Shown piece after piece: positions 20,015 through 30,432 of a DNA stretch of 64,000 nucleotides (its first letter is position 1; each line of letters begins with the position of its first letter). A program made the translations under genes and the position numbers. The stretch is from the IMG/VR virus record IMGVR_UViG_3300050821_017219, positions 14,383 to 78,382 of that record. One strand, written 5' to 3'. The DNA is from a virus. The notes beneath the pieces were generated by a model. The model was not told the origin of the DNA, made no database searches, and saw only the letters and a program-made list of their open reading frames with translations.

Positions 20015-20322
20015 GCAACGTCAACGGCAAGACGAATGGCATCGCCAAAAAATCCGAAGCTGATGCCGCTTCCGACGACGACGTCGATACGCTTCCGACC
20101 ATCGAAGCCGTCGTCGAAGCCTTCCTCGCCGACTCGACGTCGCCCGATCGTGCCTCCTTCACGTCGACGGCGGACATCATGGCGGCGGCGCGCGCGTGGT
20201 GCGACGACCGCGGCGAGTTTCGCTTCGGCCGGCGCTTGCTCGCGAAGCAGCTGCAGCAGCGTGGGTGCAAGCCGCAGCGGACGAACACACAGCGGGGATG
20301 GAGAGGAGTGAGGTTGCGATGA
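20011..20322 (+). CDS. Stand-alone D5 C-terminal winged-helix paralogue
   Basis: MAAARAWC...F....L...L...GC......RGWRGVRLR aligns with helicase C-terminus MAAAQKWC...FSKKDLGEWL....C.......RGWKGIRLR. Confidence 0.7.
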   Translation: MSNVNGKTNGIAKKSEADAASDDDVDTLPTIEAVVEAFLADSTSPDRASFTSTADIMAAARAWCDDRGEFRFGRRLLAKQLQQRGCKPQRTNTQRGWRGVRLR

Positions 20323-23300
20323 CGAAGGAATGGTTTGAAGGCGTCACGCGAGAATTCGGCATGCCGGGCCGCGCGGAGGAACGCATCCGCCGATGCCCTA
20401 GAACGCCGGGTTGGTACATCGCCGAGCTCGAGTTCGCTTGCTGCGGCGTCGGTGGGGCCGCCCACCTGATCCCTATCGGCGCGTGGATCTACGTCGCCGA
20501 CGATGACGGATACGTTTGCTGCGAGAATCATCCGCCTTACGGCGGGTTTCCAGTACGTCGATGAACTACGTCGTCAAAGACGAGCACAACCGCTACCACC
20601 GCGAGGTGCACGAGCTGCGCGGGAAGCGTTGGCATCGCCGCTTCGAGTGGGTCACGTCGCGGCTCGAAGCGACGGTCTTCACGACTTACACGGCGGCGAA
20701 GTTTCGGCGCGACAGCCTCTACACGACGGCGGCGATTTTCGTCGTCGAGCTGACGTGAATAGAAGCGCGGCGGGTGACGTCTAACGAGGCGGAGGCTGAG
20801 TCTTCGATGAAAACAGAGCGCAACTACGAGACCGAGAAGGCTGCGCATGAAAAGACACGTCTGGAGCGCAACGACGCCCAGAAGCGCGCGCAAAGCCTGA
20901 TCGGAACCGTCAGAGGCCTCGAAGCGAAGGTGAAGCGTCTCGAAGAGCAGAACTTGCGGCAGGAAAAATTGATCGCTGGTCTCGAAAGCGGAGAGAGACG
21001 TGAGTTTCAGCAGCGATGCCGCCTTCTAGATCAACTTCGACAACTAGTGACGGAGGCAGACGACCGATGACTGAGCCGCTCCGGTGTGATTTCTGCAGGC
21101 GCACGGATGGTGGGCCATTCGCTGAAAAGACGAGGCGCGGGCGTATTTTGAAGCAGGCTGACTTCCCGTGGATCATCTGCAAGCGTTGCTGCGACGCGGC
21201 ATCGAGGTCAAGTGGGGACCGACGTACACATTCAAGGTGGAGCCATGAACGACGAAGACAAGAAGCTGATCGAAGAGGCGGAGCGACTCGACGCGGAAGC
21301 GACGCCGGGGTGGGCTAGCTATCCAGTGGGGTTCTGCGGGTACGCCTACGAAACCGTTTGGGCGAAAAACGTAGACGACGAACCTCTGTTTGAATCGTAC
21401 AGCCAACCCGACACGCGCTTCGTCGTCGCCGCTCGTACGCTGCTGCCTCAGCTCGCGAAGCGTCTGCGCGAAGCGTTGAACGTTCCCGACGTTCCGCCGG
21501 AGCCGCCGAAGCTGCCGGAGCCGCTCGTCGACGGCTACTACTGGGTCCGCCTCCCTAGCGACGCGCCGATCATCGCCGAGCGCGAAACGTATGGCGGACG
21601 CGCTCACTGGTTCCATTTCGGTGCCGATGGTTCTGACAACGTCGAACCGCTGTTCGGCCCACTGCAGCCACCCGCCGTCACAAACACGTCGCCGATTGTT
21701 CCATGGCCTGTCGATCTACCTCCGCGTTTCAATGGCGGAGTTCAATGCGATGCCCTCGAAGGCCCGTGCGCATGCGGCGCGTGGCACTCTAAGGTCACAA
21801 ACGTCACGAAATAACAGCCAGATTTGACGGAGCGACCAAAATGTCTCATCATCGACTCAACGATCGGCGACGCGTCGTGGCGGATGTCGGTCTCGCGCTT
21901 CCGTCGCCCCCCTCGCCTAGCCGCCAGGGGGGCGACGGTTTCTCAGGCGCAGACGTCAAGATGCCGTTGACTCCGCCAGCGGCAATCTACGTCACGACGA
22001 TGCGTCTCGTGGGCGGCGAAGGCGGCGTCTGGGTTTGGTTCAACGTCGAGGTGCCATTGTGATGCGCCACGGCTACTTCCTTCCCGGGCGCGGTCTCTTC
22101 GGCGACATCGACCTCGCTGTTGATGCGCAAACGTTCTGGTCCCTAAGCCCAGCGGGGGACTTCCTCTGGAAGCACCTCGGCCACTACGACGGCGCTTCGA
22201 TATGGATCACCAATGACGGCCGAACCACCATCCGTTTGTGCCTCCAAGACTTCTTCAGCGAGAAGTTCCGCGTCGAGGTTCGCGACTGGAGTGGTATCAG
22301 TTGGGAGCGCGCGCGATGAAACACTCGCCACTCGTCGGCGACTCCGTCAGCATCACTCGGGGCGTCTCCCTCGTCTGCCCATTCTGCGGCGGTACCGTCG
22401 ACATGGGCGACCTCTCCTGTGGTGGCGTTGGCGCGATCCATACGTTCCCCACCTGCGACACGTTCGATCGTCTCACCGTCGACGAGTTTGCCTACGCCTG
22501 CCGCATCGCCATCGAAGCGACGGTGAAGGCGGAAAAAGCATCGTGATCGATCTTCATGAAGGCGTCGCCGAAATCTTCGCTGCGGCGCAACAAGACGACG
22601 GCGTCGACCACGGCGACCTTCGGTTCGACTCAGACACCGCGCGGAGCCTCACCTACGAAGCCGCTTTCATTGCGCAGGCGCGCCTCGCCGAAGGTGTCAC
22701 GCGATGGCGTTGCGCTACCTGCGGCGAGGAAGTAGAACAACGACCCGGCGTTCGTGTGGCGTTTCACATGGGAAACCTACGCGACTCGAACTGTGGCCGA
22801 CGAGAAGCGCCTAGAGACTTTCAAGAGACGCAAAATCGTCTTGCTGTCGCGCCCGCTTTGACTTACCGTAACTCCTCACGCTGACGCCGCCGCTTCGTGC
22901 CGCCGCGTCGGTAGCTACCGCGAGACTTGAAGTCGACGAAAATTCAATCGTCGAAAACCACGACTGAAAGGCGTTGCCGATGGCGTCGAAGTTTCGACAG
23001 ATTTCTGTGTCGTCTGTTCCCGACGATAATGATGGCGTCATCGATAGCGTCTACGCGCTCGATGAAGCCGGCGTCGTCTGGCTGTTCAACAACACCGACG
23101 AGCGGTGGGAGGCGCTCTCGAAGCAGCGGTATGTCGCTGGCGCGTCGAACGACGATGCCGGCGAAGACGAGGGGGAGTGATGCCACCGACAAAAGAAGAA
23201 GTTGCTGACGTTCAGGAAACTTGGTTCGGTTGGTTGCTGAAGGATGGTGGTTGATGCCATCTTACAACGACTGGCCGACGAACGACGAAGATTGGGCCTT

Positions 23301-23502
23301 CCGTCAACAGCTTCGTCTTCGCGACGCGCGATGGCAGCGGTTGGAGCCGACCTACAACGAGCTCGAAGCGGCGCTCAACAAGGCCACCGCCGAAATCATC
23401 GCGCTGAAGGCCGCGCACAAAGCCGCGATGGAGACGGCGCTAAAGGCGCAACAGGAATACTACGACGGGCAAGCAATCCACCAAGCCTCGTGGGGCGGCT
23501 GA
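20319..23502 (+). CDS. Cluster of about 10 small hypothetical genes (20319-20564, 20561-20758, 20807-21070, 21245-21814, 22062-22319, 22316-22546, 22543-22884, 22980-23180, 23254-23502)
   Basis: Consecutive start/stop-overlapping ORFs, several with CxxC pairs or coiled coils. Confidence 0.55.
21901..21943 (+). terminator. Intrinsic terminator-like hairpin
   Basis: Perfect 13-bp inverted repeat ccgtcgcccccct / aggggggcgacgg, 12-nt loop, followed by tttct; lies after the stop of 21245-21814. Confidence 0.5.
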
Positions 23503-24323
23503 TGCCCATCCCCTCTTCCGCGCTCGAGAACGATCCGTTCCTCCGCGTCTTGGTGATGGGACCACCGAAGCTCGGAAAGACGACCACCGCCATCACTACC
23601 TCCGAAGGCAAGACGCGCGTTCTGCTCTGCGAAGCCGACTCGGCGCTCTCCGAGGCCAAGCGCCGCAAGGGCAACTTCGACTTCGAGCGTTGCCTTAGCG
23701 ATAAAGCCTACGAGCAGATGACGACCTTCCTTGCGCAAGCGAAGGAGGACGCCAAATCCGGAAGCATCCAGAATCTTCTGATCGATCCGTTGAGCGACTT
23801 TGCGGATCGACTGTTGGCGCAGTCGCACAAACTCAACCTGACGAAGGGTGGAGAAGAAGACGGACGGCGCGCCTACCCGCAGTGCACCAAACGGCTGCTA
23901 CACTGCCTCGACCTCGCCTTTACTATTCCCTGCCACGTCATCGTCGTCTGCCACTACATCGACGTCGGCGGCCAAGAGTTACCCGGCGCGCTGGAAAAGA
24001 CCGGAGACGGCATCGTTCCTCTTCTTCCCGGGCAAGCACGCGCTCGCGTGGCGGCGAAGTTCAACGACGTCGTCTGGTTCGACATCGACAAGGCCGACAA
24101 CGAGAAGCGCATCTTCGTTACCGGCCCGCAAGGCGCGTGGGGGCCGGGATGCCGAAGTCTGAGCCGCTTCGCGATCCTGCCGGCCGACTTCACGAAGCTG
24201 ATCGAAACCTTCAAGACCGGTCTGCCGAAAAAGGCTGCGCCAACGACGACGCCAACGAATGGCGTTGCGAAGTCGCCGTTGAAATCGCCAACAAAACCGC
24301 AGCCGCCGCAGCCACGCAAATAA
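23502..24323 (+). CDS. AAA_24 family ATPase (Sak4-like recombinase/annealing protein)
   Basis: VLVMGPPKLGKTT, LLIDPLS, HVIVVCH; directly upstream of an SSB-like gene. Confidence 0.8.
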   Translation: MPIPSSALENDPFLRVLVMGPPKLGKTTTAITTSEGKTRVLLCEADSALSEAKRRKGNFDFERCLSDKAYEQMTTFLAQAKEDAKSGSIQNLLIDPLSDFADRLLAQSHKLNLTKGGEEDGRRAYPQCTKRLLHCLDLAFTIPCHVIVVCHYIDVGGQELPGALEKTGDGIVPLLPGQARARVAAKFNDVVWFDIDKADNEKRIFVTGPQGAWGPGCRSLSRFAILPADFTKLIETFKTGLPKKAAPTTTPTNGVAKSPLKSPTKPQPPQPRK

Positions 24324-24419
24324 AGACGTTGCCTCGATTGTCGCTGCCTTCAGACTCATCGACAATCTAAGCGCGAAACCGACACGACAACCTCAAACCG
24401 AGACAAGAGAACATCATCA

Positions 24420-25025
24420 ATGCCTCCCTCCAATCACGCAGAAGAGCAGCAATCCTACGGCGGTCAGTCCTTCCAGCCCTTCGAGTTCGACGAGACGGTC
24501 GAGCCCGATCTCTACGACGGCAGCTACGAGCTCGAAATCTCCGACGTCAAGTTTCGGATGTCGAACCCCGATGCGTCGACGGGCGTCGCCTACCCGCAGC
24601 TCGTCATCGAGTGGAAGGCCATCGAGACCACCGAGGAGAGCGAAGAGTGTCGCCGCAGCGTCGGTAACACCATCAGCGAGTTCCTCACCTTCCGACCGAA
24701 GGGCGACCGCAAGGGGAACATGTCGAAGCAGCGGTTGACCCTACTGCGCAACAAATTCGGCATCGGCAGCGACGTCATGCCGACGCAGATCACTTCCCCC
24801 AGCGACTTCGACGACCTCCGCGGCGCGCTGAAGGGCCAACGCATGACGGCGACAGCGGTCAACAAGACCGACAAGACCGGCGCGTTGCGAACGAATCTCG
24901 TCATCGAAGCGGCGGGCGGTGGCGCCGTCGAGGCGGAGGAAGAGGAGACGGTTGCGAAGCCTGCAGCGAAGTCGCCGAAGGCAACCGCAGCCAAATCGAA
25001 GGCGGCGCCGTCGAAGCGTCGATAA
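24420..25025 (+). CDS. Putative single-stranded DNA-binding protein (DUF669-like)
   Basis: PD..DGSYELEISDVKF...PQLVIEWK OB-like pattern; follows the Sak4-like ATPase. Confidence 0.55.
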   Translation: MPPSNHAEEQQSYGGQSFQPFEFDETVEPDLYDGSYELEISDVKFRMSNPDASTGVAYPQLVIEWKAIETTEESEECRRSVGNTISEFLTFRPKGDRKGNMSKQRLTLLRNKFGIGSDVMPTQITSPSDFDDLRGALKGQRMTATAVNKTDKTGALRTNLVIEAAGGGAVEAEEEETVAKPAAKSPKATAAKSKAAPSKRR

Positions 25026-25093
25026 AGACGTCGGTCGACGGTTAGTTGAGTGTCGTTTTCGATTCTCATCGGCCATCGAGTCTGAATAGCGGC

Positions 25094-25230
25094 GCCGCAG
25101 CGCTACGACGAAGGCTTCTGCGGCATCTTGAGGCGGCTGCTTCGGTCATACGAGCAGCAGACATAGACCCGTGGAGGGTTGAAAGCGGTGGTTCGTAACC
25201 CCGTCGCCTCTCTGACGCTTCGATAGCGTT
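25094..25230 (+). ncRNA. Candidate structured RNA (multi-stem junction)
   Basis: Intergenic; closing stem gaggcg/cgcctc encloses stems ctgct/agcag, accc/gggt and gcgg-ggtt/aacc-ccgt; flanking hairpins. Confidence 0.3.
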
Positions 25231-25294
25231 TATTTGCGCGCGCAGACAGACGCAATCGATGCGTCACATTTGAATTCGATTTTGGAGAAACAAA

Positions 25295-25558
25295 ATGTCT
25301 GAAAACCACGACAACGATTCGTCTACGCCGAAGAAGCTTCACGGCTTCGCAGCTTGGTCGAAAGAGCGTCAACGTGAGGCTGCCTCGAAGGGCGGTAAGA
25401 CCGCTCACGCTCTGGGTACAGCTCACAAATTCTCTGGCGACGAAGCGAGAGAAGCCGGCCGACGCGGCGGGTTGGCCATCGCAGCGAAGAAGCGGCGCAT
25501 GAAAGAAGAAGCAGAATTGAAGACATTCGTCGAAATCGAAGAAACGACGCCGCGATGA
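25295..25558 (+). CDS. KGG-repeat (stress-induced, YciG/GsiB-like) protein
   Basis: GFAAWSKERQREAASKGGKTAH...AHKFSGDEAREAGRRGG. Confidence 0.8.
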   Translation: MSENHDNDSSTPKKLHGFAAWSKERQREAASKGGKTAHALGTAHKFSGDEAREAGRRGGLAIAAKKRRMKEEAELKTFVEIEETTPR

Positions 25559-26022
25559 TGCCGATGATGCCGCGAGTATTTCTCGTCACGCCTTACGCCG
25601 AAGTCATCGCAGACAAATACAAGACAGATGGATACAACTGGCTTCATCGGCCAAACGTCATCTTCGCGCAGCGTTGCATGGCTGATTGTCTTCGTCGCGA
25701 GGAAGCCGTCTTCGCTTGCCACTTGCTCTACACGCAACCCGGCGTCTTAGACGACGCCAAAACCGACGAAAGGCATCTCGGTCTAACCGCCGGTCGTCGG
25801 TTCCTCGCGGTCTGCGACCGCGCCGTCTGCTACGTCGATCGCGGCATCTCGAGCGGAATGCGCGGCGACTTGGAAGAGGCGTTGAGACTGAAGACGCCGA
25901 TCAACTTTCGGCGGCTCGACGGAGCGATGGTCGGTGGAACGTTTCTTCATACGTATTCGGTTCCGCATTGGCCGTGCGGTTTGTGTCTAGACGTGGCGTT
26001 GTCGAAAGTCTCGGCGAGATGA
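25555..26022 (+). CDS. Nucleoside deoxyribosyltransferase-like (DUF4406/DUF7768-type) protein
   Basis: VFLVTPYA...HLLYTQPGVLDD...ER..G......FL..CD....YVDRGISSGM. Confidence 0.65.
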   Translation: MMPMMPRVFLVTPYAEVIADKYKTDGYNWLHRPNVIFAQRCMADCLRREEAVFACHLLYTQPGVLDDAKTDERHLGLTAGRRFLAVCDRAVCYVDRGISSGMRGDLEEALRLKTPINFRRLDGAMVGGTFLHTYSVPHWPCGLCLDVALSKVSAR

Positions 26023-26461
26023 TGCAATCCTTCATCGTTGGCTTCGAGGATTTCGCCGACAAGCCGGCTTGCGTCATCAAATCCAACGACGGCGAAAACG
26101 CGTTCATTCTCGTTGCGCTGACGCGTGGCGAGATGACGATCGAGCGGCGCAATCGCATCGCGCGGTTGGCGCAATCGCTCGCCGTCGAATGTACGGGCGG
26201 GATGCCGCTAGAGATCAGCAACAACCCGAAGGATGCGTCGTGAAAGTCGAAGATTTGGTCGGCAAACGCGTGCGACTCCACCTCTCGGGCGGGCGCGTCG
26301 TCGAAGGTGTCTGCGGCGATACGGTCTCCCACGGTATTCGAGGCAACAGTTTCGTAGTGTTTCCGTCGCCGGACAAGCGAGGAATGTACTACGTCGATGC
26401 GTCGCGCCAGGTCGACGTTTGGCGCGACGAGGCGTGGATGGCGGTGGAGTTTGACAAGTGA
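26019..26461 (+). CDS. Two small hypothetical proteins (26019-26243; 26240-26461, Sm/SH3-like)
   Basis: Coupled overlaps. Confidence 0.45.
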
Positions 26462-26633
26462 TCCCAATGCCTGACGAATTGGTGGGTCAATCAGAAGGAT
26501 TCGATCTTCATCGAATTCTACTGATCCTAGGTGGAATGGCCTTCGTTATGCCGTTCTCGGTGGCATTCGTCTATTCTCTTGCGTGGCTAGTAAAGCGAGT
26601 CGACAACGAATTGTATCGTCGTGGTTACCGCAA

Positions 26634-29204
26634 ATGAACGCCCTTCCAACCGGCGTCGCCTACGACGCTCGCGCGCATCTCGCCGAATGCGATAGGTGTC
26701 CGCTCGGTGGGAATGTTGTCGTTCCCCCCGACCCCCCGCGTCGGGCGTTGAAGCTCATCGTAATTGGCGAAGGCCCAGGCCGTTTAGAAGAACGATACGG
26801 AAGAGCCTTCGTCGGTCCGAGCGGCAAGATGCTCGATGCGGCGCTGCTCGAAGCCGGCGGCCATCGCCAAAACAGCTACGTCACCAACGTCATGCTTTGC
26901 CGCGTCGACGACGACAAGCAGATGGATGCAGCCATCGCCTGTTGCGCGCCACGTCTCGCCAAAGAATTGTCTGAATTGCCATCAGACATACCGATTCTAT
27001 CGCTTGGCGCTGGCGCCTCTCGGATGACCATCGGCAAGTCGGGCATCCAAAAGTATCGCGGCTTCGTCTGGAAGGCGCCAGAGATAAAACAACAACAGAT
27101 AAGAAATGCTGAAAGGCTTTACGAAAAACGCATCGAAAAAAAGCGAAGCCTCAAAGACGTCGAGAAGGCGTTGAACAGCTGGACGATTCTGAAGGCGAGA
27201 CAGCAGATTCAAGGCCGAACCGTTATTCCGACAGTACATCCGGCCTACTTGCTTAGGGGTGCAGACGGGTGGTATCCGATCTTCCGCGTGGACGTCAAGC
27301 GCGCCATCGCCTTGTCGCTGAATCCTCATACGATTCTCGAAGATGAAGGCGCGTTCGTCAAGACGACGTCGCCGAAGGAGGCAGCAAAACTACTCCGAGG
27401 CTTCTCGCAAACAGTCTTGGTCGACATCGAGACCGACGCCCCCGACGCCATGCGAGCCGGCATCACCTGCGTTGGCGTCGCCGACGTCGGCGATCCGACC
27501 AAGATTGTCGTGATGGATCGCCGCAGCGAAAATCATCCGTGGCCTCGTGGCTTCATCAAAGTGTTGAAGCGATTCTTGCGCCGCCGAACCGTCGTCGGCC
27601 ACAACATCAAAAACTTCGACGAGCCGGTATTGAACCGCTACGGCATCTTTCTCGGCAGCGTCGAGGATACACTAGTGGCGCATCGAAGTTACGCGAGTCA
27701 TTTGCCGCAGTCGCTGGCGCACGTAGCTTCGGTTTATTGCACGAGCGCGCCGTGGAAGTTGAAATTCAAGACGTCGGAAGAGAAAGGAGCGGTCGCTGGG
27801 TTTGGCGTCAAGGCAGAGGACCTCGCCATGTACAACGCCGCTGACTGTAGGCTCAACGCCTTCGCTTGGTTGCGGATGCAACCCGACTTGAAGCGAGAGA
27901 TGAGCGTCTACCGCGACGACACGGCGATGGCGGGGCTGTTCAGCCAGATGCAGCGGACCGGATTGCTTGTCGACGTCGAGAAGCAGCGTCAGCTCTCCAA
28001 GAAGTTGAAGCATCGCGCCGCCGCTTTGGTAGGTGAGATGCGCCAACTATTGCGCCGCCGCCAATTCAGCCCCGGTAAAACGGCCGACATCCGCAAGGCG
28101 TTGTACGGTCAGCTGAAGGCACCGCTTTGGCTCGCCCCGCCAACCCCCACCGGCCTTCCATCGACCGCCGCCATCGTCTTGGAGGCCCTAAAGGAGAGCG
28201 ACACGCGCGCCGGCAAGCTCGCCGACTTGATCATCCGCTGGCGCTCCGCCAATGACAGCCGCAGCGAATACTTGGACGTGTATGTTCACCCTGATGGCCG
28301 CGTCAAACCAAGTTGGGGGCAAGTCGAAACTGGGCGGCCCCGCACGCGTGGGCCGAACATCCTCAACATCCCCCGCATCGCTTTCTGCTCGGGTTGCGGC
28401 GCGAAGCTGCTCGACGGCGTCATCCACAAAGACACCTGCAAAAAACGAGACGTACCGCAACCGGAGGAGATGCTCCGCGACATCTACGTTTGCGCGCCGG
28501 GGTGTAGCTTTGTTTACTATGATATTTCTCAGGCGGAGATGCGCCTAGCGGCCTATCTGTCTGATGACGAAAACTTCATCGCGTCGTGCGCGAAGGATAT
28601 CCATACGGAGAACGCATGCGTGTTGTTCCCCGATGGCGCCGACTTGATCAGAAGTGATCCGCAGGGTCGAGGCAAGAAGTTCCGTGAGATCGCAAAAAGC
28701 TGCGGTTTCGCAGTCAGCTACCTCGCGGAGGCGCCTAAGATTTTCGCTACGCTCCGAGGAAAAGGTTTCGACGTGTCGATGGATGACGTCGAGACGATGC
28801 TCGACAACCTTCGCTCGTCCTACCGGCGCTACTACGCCTACGTCGAAGGCAACGTCGAGTTTTGCCGCAAGCATGGGTTTCTCAGAACGCCATTCGCCGG
28901 TCGGATCAGGTGGCTTGGTTATTTCCCCCGACCTACGCAGGTGGCCAACTTTCCGATTCAGTCGGGCGTCGCCGACATCGTCAACCGACGGCTCTTGGAG
29001 ATGGAGAAGAGACGCACTAAAAACGCTCGGTTGGTCGTCTACCACTACGATGCTGCGATCTACGAGACGCCAGCTGCGGAGGTCGAGACGATGAAAGGTC
29101 TCATCAAGGAATTGTGGGAGGAACCGGTGGTCGTTCCGACGAACGGGCGCAGCTTCGTACTACCGATTGAGCTCAAAGATGGGAGTAGGTTGAGTGACTT
29201 CTGA
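26634..29204 (+). CDS. Family A DNA polymerase with N-terminal family-4 uracil-DNA glycosylase and 3'-5' exonuclease domains (SPO1-like architecture)
   Basis: CDRCPL, IGEGPG..E...G.AFVGPSG, HPAYLLR (UDG4); VDIET, GHNIKNFD, YNAAD (Exo I-III); DISQAEMR, R..AK...F...Y, NFPIQS, HYDA (Pol motifs). Confidence 0.92.
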   Translation: MNALPTGVAYDARAHLAECDRCPLGGNVVVPPDPPRRALKLIVIGEGPGRLEERYGRAFVGPSGKMLDAALLEAGGHRQNSYVTNVMLCRVDDDKQMDAAIACCAPRLAKELSELPSDIPILSLGAGASRMTIGKSGIQKYRGFVWKAPEIKQQQIRNAERLYEKRIEKKRSLKDVEKALNSWTILKARQQIQGRTVIPTVHPAYLLRGADGWYPIFRVDVKRAIALSLNPHTILEDEGAFVKTTSPKEAAKLLRGFSQTVLVDIETDAPDAMRAGITCVGVADVGDPTKIVVMDRRSENHPWPRGFIKVLKRFLRRRTVVGHNIKNFDEPVLNRYGIFLGSVEDTLVAHRSYASHLPQSLAHVASVYCTSAPWKLKFKTSEEKGAVAGFGVKAEDLAMYNAADCRLNAFAWLRMQPDLKREMSVYRDDTAMAGLFSQMQRTGLLVDVEKQRQLSKKLKHRAAALVGEMRQLLRRRQFSPGKTADIRKALYGQLKAPLWLAPPTPTGLPSTAAIVLEALKESDTRAGKLADLIIRWRSANDSRSEYLDVYVHPDGRVKPSWGQVETGRPRTRGPNILNIPRIAFCSGCGAKLLDGVIHKDTCKKRDVPQPEEMLRDIYVCAPGCSFVYYDISQAEMRLAAYLSDDENFIASCAKDIHTENACVLFPDGADLIRSDPQGRGKKFREIAKSCGFAVSYLAEAPKIFATLRGKGFDVSMDDVETMLDNLRSSYRRYYAYVEGNVEFCRKHGFLRTPFAGRIRWLGYFPRPTQVANFPIQSGVADIVNRRLLEMEKRRTKNARLVVYHYDAAIYETPAAEVETMKGLIKELWEEPVVVPTNGRSFVLPIELKDGSRLSDF

Positions 29205-29348
29205 AAGCGACAAACCTGATGCTCGCGAGCGAGAGCAGACGGCCCGCGCTTTGATCGTACGTCTTCGCGACAAGGCGTTTCTATACTCGGCCGACCCGAT
29301 TCTTGAAGAGGCGGCTGACGAAATAGAACGCCTGCTGTCGGAGACGAA

Positions 29349-30125
29349 ATGACCACCGACAAGCAGCTGACACGCGAAGACTTGTCGCCGGACCAGCGCG
29401 AGGTCTACGAAGCGATAATTAGATGGTGCCACGGTAGCCTCGGCGAACGTTATGGCAACTCGATGCTTCTCACGATCGGCGGATTTGCTGGCGTTGGAAA
29501 ATCTAGCCTTTTAGGCGTCTTCGCAGCCGAGACCAAGCTGCGCGTCGCCTACTGCGCCTTCACCGGCCGAGCCGCATCTGTCTTGCAGCGAAAACTCCGC
29601 GCCGCTGGCTGCAACGCAGCGGTGACGACAATCCACCGCCTAATTTATCTTCCGGTCATCGATTCAAAAACCGAAGAAGTCTTAGGCTGGAAGAAGCGAC
29701 AGCATCTCGACGGTATCGACTTGATTGTCATCGATGAAGCGTCGATGGTCAGCGGTAAGATGCTTGACGACTTGAAAATCTATGGCAAGCCGATCCTCGC
29801 CGTCGGCGACCACGGCCAACTCCCACCGGTGATGGATTCGGGCGACTTGATGAAGAACCCCGACTTGAGGCTTGAAAAAATACATCGCCAAGCTGAGTCA
29901 TCGCCGATTATTCAATTCTCGAAGGTTGTTCGCGAGACCGGCTGCCTCGATCGGCGGTTGGCCGATGGCGACAAGATTCGTTTTGCGTCGAGACGTGACA
30001 TTGAATCTGTTTTGGCTGATGCTTACAGATTCGTCGATCCTAGCTGGGAGCTCGTCTCCTACGCGTATCAAGAGCCGGGCTATGCGCTGATGTTCTTCAA
30101 ACGGCAGCGAAAGGAAAACACATGA
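29349..30125 (+). CDS. RecD/Dda-like SF1 helicase, N-terminal half only (probably truncated)
   Basis: LSPDQ, GFAGVGKS, AFTGRAA, TIHRLIY, IDEASMV, GDHGQLPPV, LEKIHRQ; no motifs V/VI. Confidence 0.8.
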   Translation: MTTDKQLTREDLSPDQREVYEAIIRWCHGSLGERYGNSMLLTIGGFAGVGKSSLLGVFAAETKLRVAYCAFTGRAASVLQRKLRAAGCNAAVTTIHRLIYLPVIDSKTEEVLGWKKRQHLDGIDLIVIDEASMVSGKMLDDLKIYGKPILAVGDHGQLPPVMDSGDLMKNPDLRLEKIHRQAESSPIIQFSKVVRETGCLDRRLADGDKIRFASRRDIESVLADAYRFVDPSWELVSYAYQEPGYALMFFKRQRKENT

Positions 30126-30397
30126 GAGTCAACATTTACGCCGAAGAGATGACAGACCGCGTCGAGATCATCTCGAAGGAAATTGAAGGTCAGAAGTTCA
30201 CCGGGTTGCGCCTCTACTTGGAGCTGCCAGTTACGTTACCGCCAGAAATGGGAGTCGGTAGCGTGAGGGGACCGTTTCTGCATCACGCGGGCGACGACGA
30301 CTCGGCGGCGGTGACCTTCTGGGGGAAGCGTGACCTCCGAGACGTTTTGCGCAAGATGCTCACGATGCTCGATGAGCACTACGCGAAGGGCGCTTGA
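30122..30397 (+). CDS. Hypothetical protein
   Basis: AAGGA RBS, ATGA coupling. Confidence 0.6.
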   Translation: MRVNIYAEEMTDRVEIISKEIEGQKFTGLRLYLELPVTLPPEMGVGSVRGPFLHHAGDDDSAAVTFWGKRDLRDVLRKMLTMLDEHYAKGA

Positions 30398-30432
30398 CAG
30401 AAACCGGAAGCGAGCTCATCATTGGAGGCAAC

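Noticed and set aside
21841-22062. 73-aa ORF
   Set aside because: Spans a strong terminator-like hairpin; at most its last 33 codons look coding
23502-24323. Candidate genome-packaging ATPase
   Set aside because: Motifs and position next to an SSB-like gene fit AAA_24/Sak4, not A32/FtsK/terminase
25130-25210. Canonical tRNA gene
   Set aside because: No conserved D-loop GG, 7-nt anticodon loop or TTCRA T-loop geometry; kept only as an ncRNA candidate
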